A DNA stretch of 64,000 nt from the IMG/VR virus record IMGVR_UViG_3300006922_000005; one strand, written 5' to 3'. This DNA comes from a virus (Duplodnaviria; Caudoviricetes). The notes under the pieces were generated by a model. It was not told the origin of the DNA. It was given only the letters and a program-made list of their open reading frames with translations, and ran no database searches. Each line of letters begins with the position of its first letter. Positions within the stretch are counted from its first letter, which is position 1. Made by a program: the position numbers and the translations under genes. This document shows, one piece after another, positions 36,863 to 47,176 of this stretch.

Positions 36863-39800
36863 TTATTGATTGCCCAAAGTTGCAATTTCACCTGTGTTCT
36901 TTAAGCGTAATGGAATGTATATAAACTCCACACTCTTCACTGGTTCAATTGCTACGTCAACGTATAACTCGTTGCGATCAATTCTTGCAGATGTGTTGTT
37001 AGTGTCATCACATACAACTAGGAAGTCATAAAGTGCTCTTTGACCTACAAGTTCAAGTAATAAACTTTCAGTTGCTTGTTTGATTTCATCACGTGTAATC
37101 TTATCGTTTGGTTCAAACATGAACGGTTTAGCAAGTAGCGTCATTTGACGTCTTAAGTATGCAACTAATCTTGCAACGTTAATTCTATCTAATGAACTTG
37201 CGTTCTTTGCTCTAGTGTGTTGACCAAAGTTAACTAATCCGCTACCAGTAATAAATGTTAGTGGGTTAATTTTAACTCCTGCCATTGTTTCACGTACACC
37301 GTCATTTAATGCAACTGCGTTAAATTCGCCTTCGTTATCAATGTAACCTACACTTGATGCATTACTAATGCCACCACGTCTTGTTCCTGCTGGAGCAAAC
37401 CATGGAAACGATACTGCATCACTTACTGCAATAGTACGTAGCATCATGTGACTTGGTGGAACAACAATGTTCTTACCTGACACATCAGTTGTTAAACCTG
37501 CTGGATAAAACGCCGCCATATACTCATCATATGATACTAAGCCATCTTCTCCGTCTGCACTTGCGCCTGCTGTATTATTACCGTAGTTTTGTAGTGATGT
37601 TGCATTTGGTGCTAATCTAAACGGAGTATCAGCAACAACAAATCCTGTTAAGCCTCTGTCTACGTTTAGTCCAATTAAGTTACTTGCAAGTTCTGGATAT
37701 CCAGGAGCACTTAACAATGTAAAGTTACGTGTTTCTTCATCACGTAGTAACTCATTTGCATCTACTGCACTTTTAAGTCCTGCAACAATAGTTTGACGTT
37801 GTGAATGTCTACCAAACAATCCTGAACCGTCTGCATTAACTGTGTTCCAGCCAATCCAACGTGCAGTTTTATAGTTTGCCATTGCTTCATCGCCAAAGCG
37901 TTTGTTTAGTCCACTGTTTGCTGTTATATCAATTTGATTTGCTACAAATTTCTTAACATTAAAACCTGAACGTCTTGTATTCCATAATAACATACCTCTT
38001 GGGTATAAGTCTGGATCTGGAGCATCTGGATCAACATAGTTTGAACTTAACAACGTTTCAATTGTTGCCGCTGTGTCACCTGTTGCACCACTTGAACCGT
38101 AACGTGCATCTGCAAAAAGAATTCCATCTTCTGTAGTTTGATCTGTTACGTCAATTAATACCCATTCAGTTGCTGAATTATCCCAACGGTAAACTTTTGC
38201 ACCGTATTGGTCAACGTCAGCAGTTGAAATCCAAATATCGCCTTCAACTAAATCACTAGCATCTGACTGTCCACCTGTTTTTAATGGAGCAGTTGCTGAT
38301 ACAATAGGTCCTTTAGGATCAGTTGCACCTGCTAATGGTGTGTAGTTTAAATAACCTACCCACTTGCTTCCATCATGTACCATAATGTCTGCTTCGTCTA
38401 ATGTAGTGTTATACCATAACGTACCATCTGCTGGAGTTGCTGTTGGAGCATTATCACTTGCTTCATATACAAGTGGTTTCCAGTTACTAATGATATGTGA
38501 ATGATTGTCATCTGCGCCTGCTGTGTAATAATTTGCTGTACCTGTTTCAACACCTGCACTTGAACGTGCCCATGCTGTGTAACCTGCACTTGCTAAAATA
38601 CTTGACGCATCTGTAATTTTAATTTCGCCACCTAATGCATGACTAATTGAAAGGTAACCATTACTTACTGTTGCAGTAATGTGTTCAAAGCCTGCCGCAC
38701 TAATTGCTGACGCAACTCCTTCAACTGTCGCTGTTGATACTGTTACAGTTTTAGCAGTTTGATAAACGTTACTACCGTTATCTGTTTCTGCCATTGTAAG
38801 TGTTCCTGTTGCAACAACTGGATTTGCACCTTGTTCAATACCTGTTACGCTAGTTGGTGAACTTGTTACTCTTCTGTATAATTTAAAGTTTACAAGTTTT
38901 TCAACACCTGTTGTACTATCTTCTGATGTTCCTCTACCTGTAATGTTTGCAAGAGCAAATACTGTACCTGCAGGTATAAGTGTTCCACCAGTAGCATCAA
39001 TTGTGTTTACTGCTTCTTCTCTAGTGTTGTAAAGTGGAGCAACTGTTGTTGACCATACACCTAAACTGTCATTCCAAACTTGAACTTTAAGATTAGCACC
39101 TAAGTTTGGTGAAGTAGTTTTCATCCAAACACTTCCGCTTGGTTTAATTCCGCTTCTAGAAGTTCCTGCTACTGTTACAGTATCAGTTGACTTCCATGTT
39201 GGAACATTTGAGTGTTTTGAAATTTGTACAGCCGCACCTGAATAATAAGTTGCTGTAATTCCAGTGTCTGCTTTTAATGTACTTCCTACTAAATCTTCAA
39301 TAACAATAGCACCATCATCTGTAGTACCATCTGAAGTTGAAGTTCCGTCACTGTATATTTCTAAAATGCCTGTGCTTGTAACTTTTGCACCAACACCTGT
39401 TATACTTGCACCGTTAATTGCGTTTGCAAGTGCAGTAACAGTTGTACCTGAAAGTGTAACACTTGTTCCGTTAATTACAAGTCCTTGACCATTTCCTAAT
39501 GTTGGACTTGCTACTGTGCCTTGTATTGTTGGCCAACTTGATGCCCAACTATCTGAAGTAAAAGTTGAATCACCACTTGTTAAAGCGGCAATGTTTGCAC
39601 TAGTTGTTGAACCTACTTTAACCCATGCATTATCTGCATTTTTATAGTAAGCATCGTTTGATGTTCTAGCAGTTACGATTGCGTAATCACCTTTTGCACC
39701 TACGCTTGGTTTTGGATCACCGGAAGATAAATTACTAACAAGTTGTGTAGCGGAGTTAAGAACTAAAGGAATCTTGTTTGTAAATTTTTGTGTTGCTCGG

Positions 39801-40249
39801 TTCCATTCAAATATACCAAATAATGAATCGTTTGTATCTAACCAATATGTGCCATCTGCTGGCGTACCTGCTGGTGCTGATGCAGAACCTTTAAGTTCTC
39901 CTAAGTCAGCATCTGCTCTTACAATGTATGCTCTATTTGCTACACCTAAGAATGAATATGCAGATTGTAGTCCGTATTCATTTAGTTCATTGCCGTGTAA
40001 TGGATTGTTAGATGAATCTGTATAAAACGTTGGATTACCAAACGTTTCTGTTAATTCTCTTTGTGATGTAATTAGGTATGGTGTACCAGCATTAGATTTA
40101 ATTGTTCCTTGTGCTGTTCCTGTACCTGCGCCGTTTGGCTTATTAGCGGCAGTTGCTACGATAATTAGTGGTACCGTTGCGGCCGCGGCTGGCGTATAAA
40201 AACTTTCGTCTATTACGCTAACTTCAACTCCTGGTGATGTAAGTGCCAT
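36863..40249 (-). CDS. tail sheath protein (gp18-like), enlarged
   Basis: SPGVEVSVIDES N-terminus; WFAPAG.RRG, RINVARL, FEPND C-terminus. Confidence 0.93.
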   Translation of the reverse strand: MALTSPGVEVSVIDESFYTPAAAATVPLIIVATAANKPNGAGTGTAQGTIKSNAGTPYLITSQRELTETFGNPTFYTDSSNNPLHGNELNEYGLQSAYSFLGVANRAYIVRADADLGELKGSASAPAGTPADGTYWLDTNDSLFGIFEWNRATQKFTNKIPLVLNSATQLVSNLSSGDPKPSVGAKGDYAIVTARTSNDAYYKNADNAWVKVGSTTSANIAALTSGDSTFTSDSWASSWPTIQGTVASPTLGNGQGLVINGTSVTLSGTTVTALANAINGASITGVGAKVTSTGILEIYSDGTSTSDGTTDDGAIVIEDLVGSTLKADTGITATYYSGAAVQISKHSNVPTWKSTDTVTVAGTSRSGIKPSGSVWMKTTSPNLGANLKVQVWNDSLGVWSTTVAPLYNTREEAVNTIDATGGTLIPAGTVFALANITGRGTSEDSTTGVEKLVNFKLYRRVTSSPTSVTGIEQGANPVVATGTLTMAETDNGSNVYQTAKTVTVSTATVEGVASAISAAGFEHITATVSNGYLSISHALGGEIKITDASSILASAGYTAWARSSAGVETGTANYYTAGADDNHSHIISNWKPLVYEASDNAPTATPADGTLWYNTTLDEADIMVHDGSKWVGYLNYTPLAGATDPKGPIVSATAPLKTGGQSDASDLVEGDIWISTADVDQYGAKVYRWDNSATEWVLIDVTDQTTEDGILFADARYGSSGATGDTAATIETLLSSNYVDPDAPDPDLYPRGMLLWNTRRSGFNVKKFVANQIDITANSGLNKRFGDEAMANYKTARWIGWNTVNADGSGLFGRHSQRQTIVAGLKSAVDANELLRDEETRNFTLLSAPGYPELASNLIGLNVDRGLTGFVVADTPFRLAPNATSLQNYGNNTAGASADGEDGLVSYDEYMAAFYPAGLTTDVSGKNIVVPPSHMMLRTIAVSDAVSFPWFAPAGTRRGGISNASSVGYIDNEGEFNAVALNDGVRETMAGVKINPLTFITGSGLVNFGQHTRAKNASSLDRINVARLVAYLRRQMTLLAKPFMFEPNDKITRDEIKQATESLLLELVGQRALYDFLVVCDDTNNTSARIDRNELYVDVAIEPVKSVEFIYIPLRLKNTGEIATLGNQ

Positions 40250-40357
40250 CTTGTTACTCCTTTAAATTAAGTTCTTAAACATATTTAGCCATGTTAGGCA
40301 AATTTGCGGTATTACATATGGCGAAAAAGGTAAGGAAAAGGGCTGGTAAATATGTAT

Positions 40358-40696
40358 ATGACTAGACCTTTATGTAAAACATGCAACCGTAGGCCCTGTG
40401 CAGTCAATTATAAGAAGGCTCGCAAGACCTATTATAGAAGTAAATGCGAACAATGTGCAAGGGGTAGAACACCTACAGTTCCACTATGGCATCAACTTGG
40501 TTATAGACAAAAGGATAAATGCGATAAGTGTGGATTTACAAGTAAGCATGAAGAACAGTTTGCAGTATATCATATTGATGGTAATCTAACAAACTGTCGA
40601 CATAATAATCTTAAAACAGTATGTGCTAATTGTCAACGTGTATTACACAAGGAAGGATTTACTTGGAAGCAAGGTGATTTAACACCCGATTTCTAA
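40358..40696 (+). CDS. HNH endonuclease-like protein with Zn-binding CxxC pairs
   Basis: HIDGNLTNCRHNNLKTVCANCQR. Confidence 0.75.
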   Translation: MTRPLCKTCNRRPCAVNYKKARKTYYRSKCEQCARGRTPTVPLWHQLGYRQKDKCDKCGFTSKHEEQFAVYHIDGNLTNCRHNNLKTVCANCQRVLHKEGFTWKQGDLTPDF

Positions 40697-41309
40697 GGAA
40701 TTCAACAGTACCATTATTTTCAATAGTAGCATCAAAATCAACATTACACCATGCCCATTCTGATATGTGTACTTCAGGATGATTTTCTTCCATCTTATGT
40801 GCAACTACAATATTCTTAGCACCTTTGTTACTATTAACTTGACGCATTTGATGTTGTGCAGTACTCCACCATTCAGGGTCATCTCCACGTTTTACACGCC
40901 AAAGATATCCGCCTATTGAACGTAGCATATTTGCTTCGTTTTCAAAACGCACATCTGGAATTACAAATTTTCCTTGTGGATTATCTAATAGTTGTTTTTT
41001 AACTAAACTAACCCATATGCCATCGTAGAATCCGTTACGCATACAATCAGTTCCAAATAGTTGTAATACTAGTCTTGGTGTAACAGGACTTCCTGTTTCA
41101 GTACTCCAATAAGGATCAACTTTTTCACGCCATGCACGAGAGTCTGGGTTATTGCCTTCAAGCATTTCTCTGTCCCAGCCAAATACACTAGCAACGCCGT
41201 CTTTGAGTTTGTCTGCAAAAGATAGTTTTGTAAATCCCTGTTGTTCAACTAAAAAGTCTGCAACAGTTCCTTTACCTGAACCTATAAGTCCACAAATACC
41301 AATTATCAT
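40659..41309 (-). CDS. deoxynucleoside monophosphate kinase (gp1-like)
   Basis: IIGICGLIGSGKG, SFADKLK, PRLVLQLFGT, IPDVRFENE. Confidence 0.92.
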   Translation of the reverse strand: MIIGICGLIGSGKGTVADFLVEQQGFTKLSFADKLKDGVASVFGWDREMLEGNNPDSRAWREKVDPYWSTETGSPVTPRLVLQLFGTDCMRNGFYDGIWVSLVKKQLLDNPQGKFVIPDVRFENEANMLRSIGGYLWRVKRGDDPEWWSTAQHQMRQVNSNKGAKNIVVAHKMEENHPEVHISEWAWCNVDFDATIENNGTVEFLRNRVLNHLASK

Positions 41310-41338
41310 AAAAGATTCCTTATTAAAAGTATCTCTAA

Positions 41339-41367
41339 ATTGTATAGTCATTGTGTAGGAAAGTCAA
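41339..41367 (-). promoter_or_regulatory. sigma70-like promoter for dNMP kinase
   Basis: TTGACT-17 bp-TACAAT. Confidence 0.7.
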
Positions 41368-41374
41368 GTGTTTT

Positions 41375-42136
41375 TTAGCCAATTACGAATGATAATGGTT
41401 TAGAACCATCTACGTAATTTGCCAAGTCCATTTCCAATTTCTCCATTTCGGCCATTGCATCTGCTTTGAGAGCATCACCGTTGAGTGAAGTTCCGCCTTG
41501 CGGTGTTGATATGGTTGCAAATTTGCTTCTTGCTTCACCTAGCATATATTTACATACTGCTAGTGTGTAGTCTTTAAGCCATTGTCCAGCATAAGGATCA
41601 CTTAATAGATTAAAGTCTGGACGATAATTGTATAGTTGCATTAATACTTGTTCGTCTGATCTAGGACGTTGCATAATTGTAAGTTTCTTACTTACAGGAT
41701 CAAACTTAAAGTTAATAAAACTACCAAACATTTTACCAACTAATTCTTGATATCCTGCAAAAGCATAATACGTACCAAGTCCACCCATTTGTGATGAACT
41801 TAAAAGATATGAATTTGAATAAGCCAAGTTAAACGGTTCGAATAATGTTCCACCATCTCCGCCACCTGAACGTGAACCAATTGAACGTCTAAAAAGTTCT
41901 CGTACTTCTATTACTTCATTAGGTAAAATATAATCGTTTGTGTCTTCTTGAAACTCTAGTATAGCATATGATTCTTCTACAGCGTTTTCACTACGTTGTC
42001 TAAGTTTGCCAAGTGCTTTTTCTAATGCTACATCATAGTGGTTAGGATCAAGTTCAACGTCGATCATACCATCGCCGAGCATTGTTCTAACGTAATTAAA
42101 GACTGCCTGTTTCTTATTTTCTAAATCATTGCTCAT
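41375..42136 (-). CDS. neck protein (gp13-like)
   Basis: LGDGMIDVEL, WLKDYTLAVCKYMLGEARSKF, LNGDALK. Confidence 0.85.
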   Translation of the reverse strand: MSNDLENKKQAVFNYVRTMLGDGMIDVELDPNHYDVALEKALGKLRQRSENAVEESYAILEFQEDTNDYILPNEVIEVRELFRRSIGSRSGGGDGGTLFEPFNLAYSNSYLLSSSQMGGLGTYYAFAGYQELVGKMFGSFINFKFDPVSKKLTIMQRPRSDEQVLMQLYNYRPDFNLLSDPYAGQWLKDYTLAVCKYMLGEARSKFATISTPQGGTSLNGDALKADAMAEMEKLEMDLANYVDGSKPLSFVIG

Positions 42137-42167
42137 ATAAAGTTTCCTCTGTTAAACATATTTATTC

Positions 42168-42175
42168 TATAAATA
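42168..42175 (+). promoter_or_regulatory. T4-type late promoter (TATAAATA), back-to-back with a minus-strand TAAATA at 42159-42164
   Basis: perfect T4 late consensus upstream of the gp14-like gene. Confidence 0.75.
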
Positions 42176-42183
42176 CAATTACT

Positions 42184-43332
42184 ATGCCCAGACTCAGTTT
42201 ATATAAACCGGAGAAATCCGCAGATTATCGCTTTATAGACAGGAATGTTAACGAATCCTTTCAAGTAGGCGGTACAGACATATTCATACACAAGTACGAA
42301 GGTCCTGTCGATCCTGGTGCTGATAAAAGCACCCCAAGTCAACCTTATGGAACAAACGATATACCTGAGACAAAAATACAAGATTTATTGTTTTTAGAAA
42401 ACAGAGATAGAAAATATTCAGATGATGTGTATGTTATCCGCGGCATTTACAACGTACAAGATTTAGACTTTGATCTTTCACAATTTGGAATGTTCTTACA
42501 GAATGATACTATTTTTATAACATTTCATATGAATTCAAGTGTTGAAAATTTAGGGCGTAAATTAATGAGTGGTGATGTATTAGAACTACCACACTTAAAA
42601 GATGAATATGCACTTAATGATTATGGTGTTTCACTTAAACGTTTTTACGTAATAGAAGATGTAAGTCGTCCAAGTGAAGGATTCAGTCAAACATGGTATC
42701 CACATTTATTAAGAGCAAAATGTAAACCAATACTTGATAGTCAAGAATTTAAAGAAATATTTGATAAAGATAGTGGCGAAGGAACAGGATCAACAATACG
42801 TGATGTACTATCAACATATGAAAAAGAAATGCAAATTAACGAAGCAGTTCTTAACCAAGCAAATGAAGATATTACAGGCGATCCTGAACAACCAGTAATT
42901 AGTGGTTATGATACAAAGCAATACTTTGTAGTACCAACTGATGATAAAGGTAACATTGATATTAATGATGACGGGTCAAGTACTCCAACATTAAAAACTG
43001 CAAAAGGAAACTTTTATGTTGGTTATCTTACTGAACAAGGAGTTCCACCAAACGGTGCTTTATACAGTTTTGGATCTCAGTTTCCACAAGCGGCCAGTGA
43101 TGGTGAATTCTTTTTAAGAACTGATTACTTTCCAAATAGACTTTTCCGTTACAACGGTAATAGATGGGTTAAATATGAAGATGCTGTAAGAGTTGAAACA
43201 CCTAGCAGTGATACTGCTAAAAATCAAATTGGTACATTTGTTAATAACAAAAGTAAAAATACTATTAACGATAAAGAAGTTGATGAACGTCAAGCATTAT
43301 CACAAGTACTTAAACCAAAGGCAGATAATTAA
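42184..43332 (+). CDS. neck/head-closure protein (gp14-like) with C-terminal extension
   Basis: DLLFLENRDRKY, FDLSQFGMFL, GDVLELPHL. Confidence 0.75.
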   Translation: MPRLSLYKPEKSADYRFIDRNVNESFQVGGTDIFIHKYEGPVDPGADKSTPSQPYGTNDIPETKIQDLLFLENRDRKYSDDVYVIRGIYNVQDLDFDLSQFGMFLQNDTIFITFHMNSSVENLGRKLMSGDVLELPHLKDEYALNDYGVSLKRFYVIEDVSRPSEGFSQTWYPHLLRAKCKPILDSQEFKEIFDKDSGEGTGSTIRDVLSTYEKEMQINEAVLNQANEDITGDPEQPVISGYDTKQYFVVPTDDKGNIDINDDGSSTPTLKTAKGNFYVGYLTEQGVPPNGALYSFGSQFPQAASDGEFFLRTDYFPNRLFRYNGNRWVKYEDAVRVETPSSDTAKNQIGTFVNNKSKNTINDKEVDERQALSQVLKPKADN

Positions 43333-44759
43333 TGCAACATTTTTATGATGGACAAATAAGACGCTTTGTAACACAGTTTGTTCGTGTTATGAGTAACTTT
43401 AGTTACAAAGATAGTGCAGGCACTTTACGTAAAATACCAACAAGTTACGGAAATCTTACTAGACAAGTAGCACATATTATTAGAGATAATAGTGAAAATA
43501 AAGTTGTTAGTGCGCCTCGTGTAAGTTGTTACATTACAGGTTTAGAATATGCACGTGATAGAGTACAAAATCCAACACATGTTAGTAAAGTACATTTACG
43601 TGAAAGAGATTACGATTCAGCAACAGGTGAATATTTAGATACCCAAGGACCTGGTTATACTGTTGAGCGTGTTATGCCAGTACCATTTAACTTACAAATG
43701 AAATGTGATGTATGGTCAACTAACACTGATCAAAAATTACAAATTATGGAACAAATGCTAGTATTGTTTAATCCTAGTTTAGAAATACAAAGTACAGCAA
43801 ACTATGTTGATTGGACAAGTTTAAGTTTAATTGAACTTCAAAGTGTAAACTTTAGTACTAGATCTATTCCACAAGGAACAGAAACAGAAATTGATATTGG
43901 AGAACTTACATTTACAATGCCTATATGGATTACACCTCCAGCAAAAGTAAAACAGTTAGGTGTAATTGAAAAAATTGTAATGAGTGTATTCGACGAAACA
44001 GGAAGTATTTCAGACGGTATTATTGACGCCGCTGATCCAATGGCAACAGTAAATGTTACACCAGGAAACTTTGGCTTGTTAGTATTAAACAATACTGCTA
44101 AATTATTAGCACCTGCTGAAGGAGTATCAGAACCAACACCAGGTAACTTTGATAGAACCGGAGAGGCTGTTAGTTGGTTTAAACTATTAGATCAATATCC
44201 AGGCAAATTTAGAGCAGGATTAAGTACAATAAGATTAGCAAAAGCAGACGGCAATGAAATAGTTGCAACAGCAAGTGTAAATCCAACTGATGACACACAA
44301 ATAGTTTTAAACTTTGATAGTGATACAGTACCTGGAAATACAATTCTTACAGACAGTGTTGCTAGTAGAGGAACTATTGATGCTATAATTGATCCATTAA
44401 CATTTAATCCAGACTTAGACAACCTAGCACAAGGTACACGTTATCTAATTCTAAATGACATACATCAACACTTAAAGAATGACAGTTCAGATTCTAACAT
44501 GAATGCTTGGCAAAATGCAGATGGTACAGTTGTACAAGCAAGTACAAATGATATCATTACATGGAATGGAAGCAACTGGGAAATTACTTTTGATGCAGGC
44601 TCTAATGATGAGCGTGCCGATTCTAGCGTAGCACAGACCCCTGTCTACATAACTAATACATATACAGGAGTACAGTACAAGTTCACAAATGATGCTGGCG
44701 CCTGGTTAAAAAGTTATGAAGGTGAGTATTTAAAAGGGTCATGGCGACTAGTACTATAA
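43332..44759 (+). CDS. tail terminator/sheath stabiliser (gp15-like) with C-terminal extension
   Basis: FYDGQIRRFVTQF, MPVPFNL, QIMEQMLVLFNPSLEIQ. Confidence 0.8.
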   Translation: MQHFYDGQIRRFVTQFVRVMSNFSYKDSAGTLRKIPTSYGNLTRQVAHIIRDNSENKVVSAPRVSCYITGLEYARDRVQNPTHVSKVHLRERDYDSATGEYLDTQGPGYTVERVMPVPFNLQMKCDVWSTNTDQKLQIMEQMLVLFNPSLEIQSTANYVDWTSLSLIELQSVNFSTRSIPQGTETEIDIGELTFTMPIWITPPAKVKQLGVIEKIVMSVFDETGSISDGIIDAADPMATVNVTPGNFGLLVLNNTAKLLAPAEGVSEPTPGNFDRTGEAVSWFKLLDQYPGKFRAGLSTIRLAKADGNEIVATASVNPTDDTQIVLNFDSDTVPGNTILTDSVASRGTIDAIIDPLTFNPDLDNLAQGTRYLILNDIHQHLKNDSSDSNMNAWQNADGTVVQASTNDIITWNGSNWEITFDAGSNDERADSSVAQTPVYITNTYTGVQYKFTNDAGAWLKSYEGEYLKGSWRLVL

Positions 44760-45187
44760 AAGATAAAAACATTGTTTGCAGTGGAGCATTATTTTATGCT
44801 CGTAATACCAAACGATTTCTATTCTTAGAACGCACTAAAACAAAAACTGCTGGACAGTGGGGACTTGTTGGCGGAATGGCTGAAGGAAATGAAACTCCTT
44901 GGACAGCACTTGAACGTGAAATAAGTGAAGAAGTTGGAAAAACTCCAACAATTAAAAAAGTTATTCCTTTAGAAATGTTTACATCAAACGATAGTAAATT
45001 TCATTTTCATACATATCTTGCTATTATTGATAATGAATTTATTCCTATATTAAATGACGAACATAGTGGTTATGCTTGGACTAATGTTAACTGTTGGCCT
45101 AAACCATTACACATAGGATTGCGTAATACATTACAAAATCGTGTAATAAAAGATAAGTTACAAACAGTTTTAGATTTAATTGTTTAA
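44741..45187 (+). CDS. NUDIX hydrolase
   Basis: GGMAEGNETPWTALEREISEEVG Nudix box. Confidence 0.9.
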   Translation: MATSTIKDKNIVCSGALFYARNTKRFLFLERTKTKTAGQWGLVGGMAEGNETPWTALEREISEEVGKTPTIKKVIPLEMFTSNDSKFHFHTYLAIIDNEFIPILNDEHSGYAWTNVNCWPKPLHIGLRNTLQNRVIKDKLQTVLDLIV

Positions 45188-45783
45188 GTTACGTTTGATA
45201 AATCAAGATAGTTATAATCCATCTTAATACCTAAACTTTTTGGAAGTATGTTGAACGCAATAGTTACACGTTCTTTATCGCTTGGCTGACTATCATGTAC
45301 TAGATAACTTGGAAATAATAATAATCTTCCAGGCATAGCATTAATAGTAAATATTTCACTTGTAAATGCAGTATTTTCTGCACTGCTAGTTTTTATAATT
45401 TGTCTTGTTTTATCGTGATTGTAAATTCTAGTTGGAGTATTTTCTTCAAAATATAATACACCACTTATTAAACTGTTTGAGTGAAAGTGTGAATAGATAT
45501 TTCCACCTGCTTTTTCGTCAGTGTTTGGTGCATACTTATTACCCCACATCTGAGTAATAAAATATTCTTCTTTCCTCCAACCTACTGTTTCACTAAATGC
45601 ACATGCACTATCTAAAATACTTTTTACAGTATCTTTCATATAATCTTTTTTATGTAAGTCATCTTCACTTTGTAAGAAACTATCACCTTGTACCCAATTT
45701 ATTTTGGATATATCTGGAAGATCAATAGTTGTAGTTGCAATTGGTATTGGAAAGATACCGCTAATGTTCAGTTCATTCTTCAT
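45184..45783 (-). CDS. 2OG-Fe(II) oxygenase-like (TIGR02466 type)
   Basis: HFHSNSLISGVLY, FPSYLVH, RVTIAFN. Confidence 0.85.
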   Translation of the reverse strand: MKNELNISGIFPIPIATTTIDLPDISKINWVQGDSFLQSEDDLHKKDYMKDTVKSILDSACAFSETVGWRKEEYFITQMWGNKYAPNTDEKAGGNIYSHFHSNSLISGVLYFEENTPTRIYNHDKTRQIIKTSSAENTAFTSEIFTINAMPGRLLLFPSYLVHDSQPSDKERVTIAFNILPKSLGIKMDYNYLDLSNVT

Positions 45784-45813
45784 ACAAATAGTTATATAAT
45801 AAGTACTATTACA

Positions 45814-46539
45814 ATGGACAAACTGAAGATTAAATTTACTAAACCCCCCGGAGCAATTAATAGTTTAACAGCACAACAAGTAGTTGTTGATAAATTTGAA
45901 GATTGGGAAGAAATTCCTGATCCTATGCCTGCTACAAAGATGGTACCTGATTGGTTTAAACAAACTAAACCATTAGGAGGTCCTATTGATACTATGCCTA
46001 CTATTAAGAAATGTCCACCATTTTTAGATGCAATAACATCAGGATATATAATTAATTTTTGTTCTACACTTAATGTTAAACACATTACAGATTCACAAGT
46101 TTCTAAAACAGGTAAAGGGTCAATGTTTATGAGTTCACATGCTATTGGACAGTTTGAAAATGCTCCGTGGTATGGCAAACCTGTATTAAAATTTGCTAGT
46201 CCGTGGATTATTGAAACTCCGCCAGGTTGGAGTTGCTTTTTTACTCACCCATTAAATGTTCCAAATGATCAATATCATATGTTGAGTGGTATAGTTGATA
46301 CAGATACGTACAGAGTTCCTGTTAATTTTCCTTTTGTAATGAACACGCCGTTAGGAGGAGAATTTAATTTTGATACTAAAACTCCAATGGTACAAGTTAT
46401 TCCTTTTAAAAGACAAGATTGGGAAATGGAAGTTGGTACAACAGATTGGGACGAATGGAAGACTCACCAAGGAGTATTAGGAAACTCTGGTGACGAGGCT
46501 TATAAAAAGAACTTTCATATAAAGAAAAAATTTACTTAG
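45814..46539 (+). CDS. hypothetical protein, paralog of 9336-10043
   Basis: [30 protein letters not shown]; start moved to ATG 45814. Confidence 0.75.
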   Translation: MDKLKIKFTKPPGAINSLTAQQVVVDKFEDWEEIPDPMPATKMVPDWFKQTKPLGGPIDTMPTIKKCPPFLDAITSGYIINFCSTLNVKHITDSQVSKTGKGSMFMSSHAIGQFENAPWYGKPVLKFASPWIIETPPGWSCFFTHPLNVPNDQYHMLSGIVDTDTYRVPVNFPFVMNTPLGGEFNFDTKTPMVQVIPFKRQDWEMEVGTTDWDEWKTHQGVLGNSGDEAYKKNFHIKKKFT

Positions 46540-46840
46540 GAGTAACTGTAACAGTGCCCATGCCCTGTTTTACTTCAAACTTAACACCTTTATCATCGCC
46601 TACAATTTGAATGTCAGGACCACTAATACGCACAAGGTTAATCATTATATCGTAACGACTGCGTTTATCAGGGTTACTTAATATATCATATGCTTCTTTA
46701 ACTTTTTGAAAAACTTTTGGATCACCTTTTCTATCAGGGTGAGTTTTCATAGACAATTTTCTGTATGCTTCTTTAATTTCACTTTGAGAAGCACTAGCGT
46801 TAACGCCTAAAACTTTATATAAATTATCTTCTTGCGTCAT
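46532..46840 (-). CDS. J-domain (DnaJ-type) protein
   Basis: YKVLGV...IKEAYRKL...THPDR...[15 protein letters not shown]. Confidence 0.92.
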   Translation of the reverse strand: MTQEDNLYKVLGVNASASQSEIKEAYRKLSMKTHPDRKGDPKVFQKVKEAYDILSNPDKRSRYDIMINLVRISGPDIQIVGDDKGVKFEVKQGMGTVTVTPK

Positions 46841-47168
46841 AGAGCAAATCGATTTCAGTAATTGAAATTTTAGCGTCTACAAACGTACTATCTTCGCCGT
46901 ATTTAATTGGCTTAACTGCAATAAACCCACCGCGAACGTTTGGCATTATTTCAACACAGTTAGGTGGAATAATAAGATCATAATTTTCAGCAGTAATCAA
47001 TTCGTTTTGTGAATTTTCATCTGTTGTAAATCTTAAATGAAATGCCGAATTACTTGTTGCTACTCTTACTTGTTCAGTAAAGAATGGCCCCATTCTAAAA
47101 CTTGCATCACCTGTGACGTCTGTTACTTCATATACGTTGGTTGTATAAAATCTTTTAATCATGCTCAT
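46824..47168 (-). CDS. hypothetical protein
   Basis: 114-aa ORF in operon. Confidence 0.6.
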   Translation of the reverse strand: MSMIKRFYTTNVYEVTDVTGDASFRMGPFFTEQVRVATSNSAFHLRFTTDENSQNELITAENYDLIIPPNCVEIMPNVRGGFIAVKPIKYGEDSTFVDAKISITEIDLLYDARR

Positions 47169-47176
47169 ACAACTAT

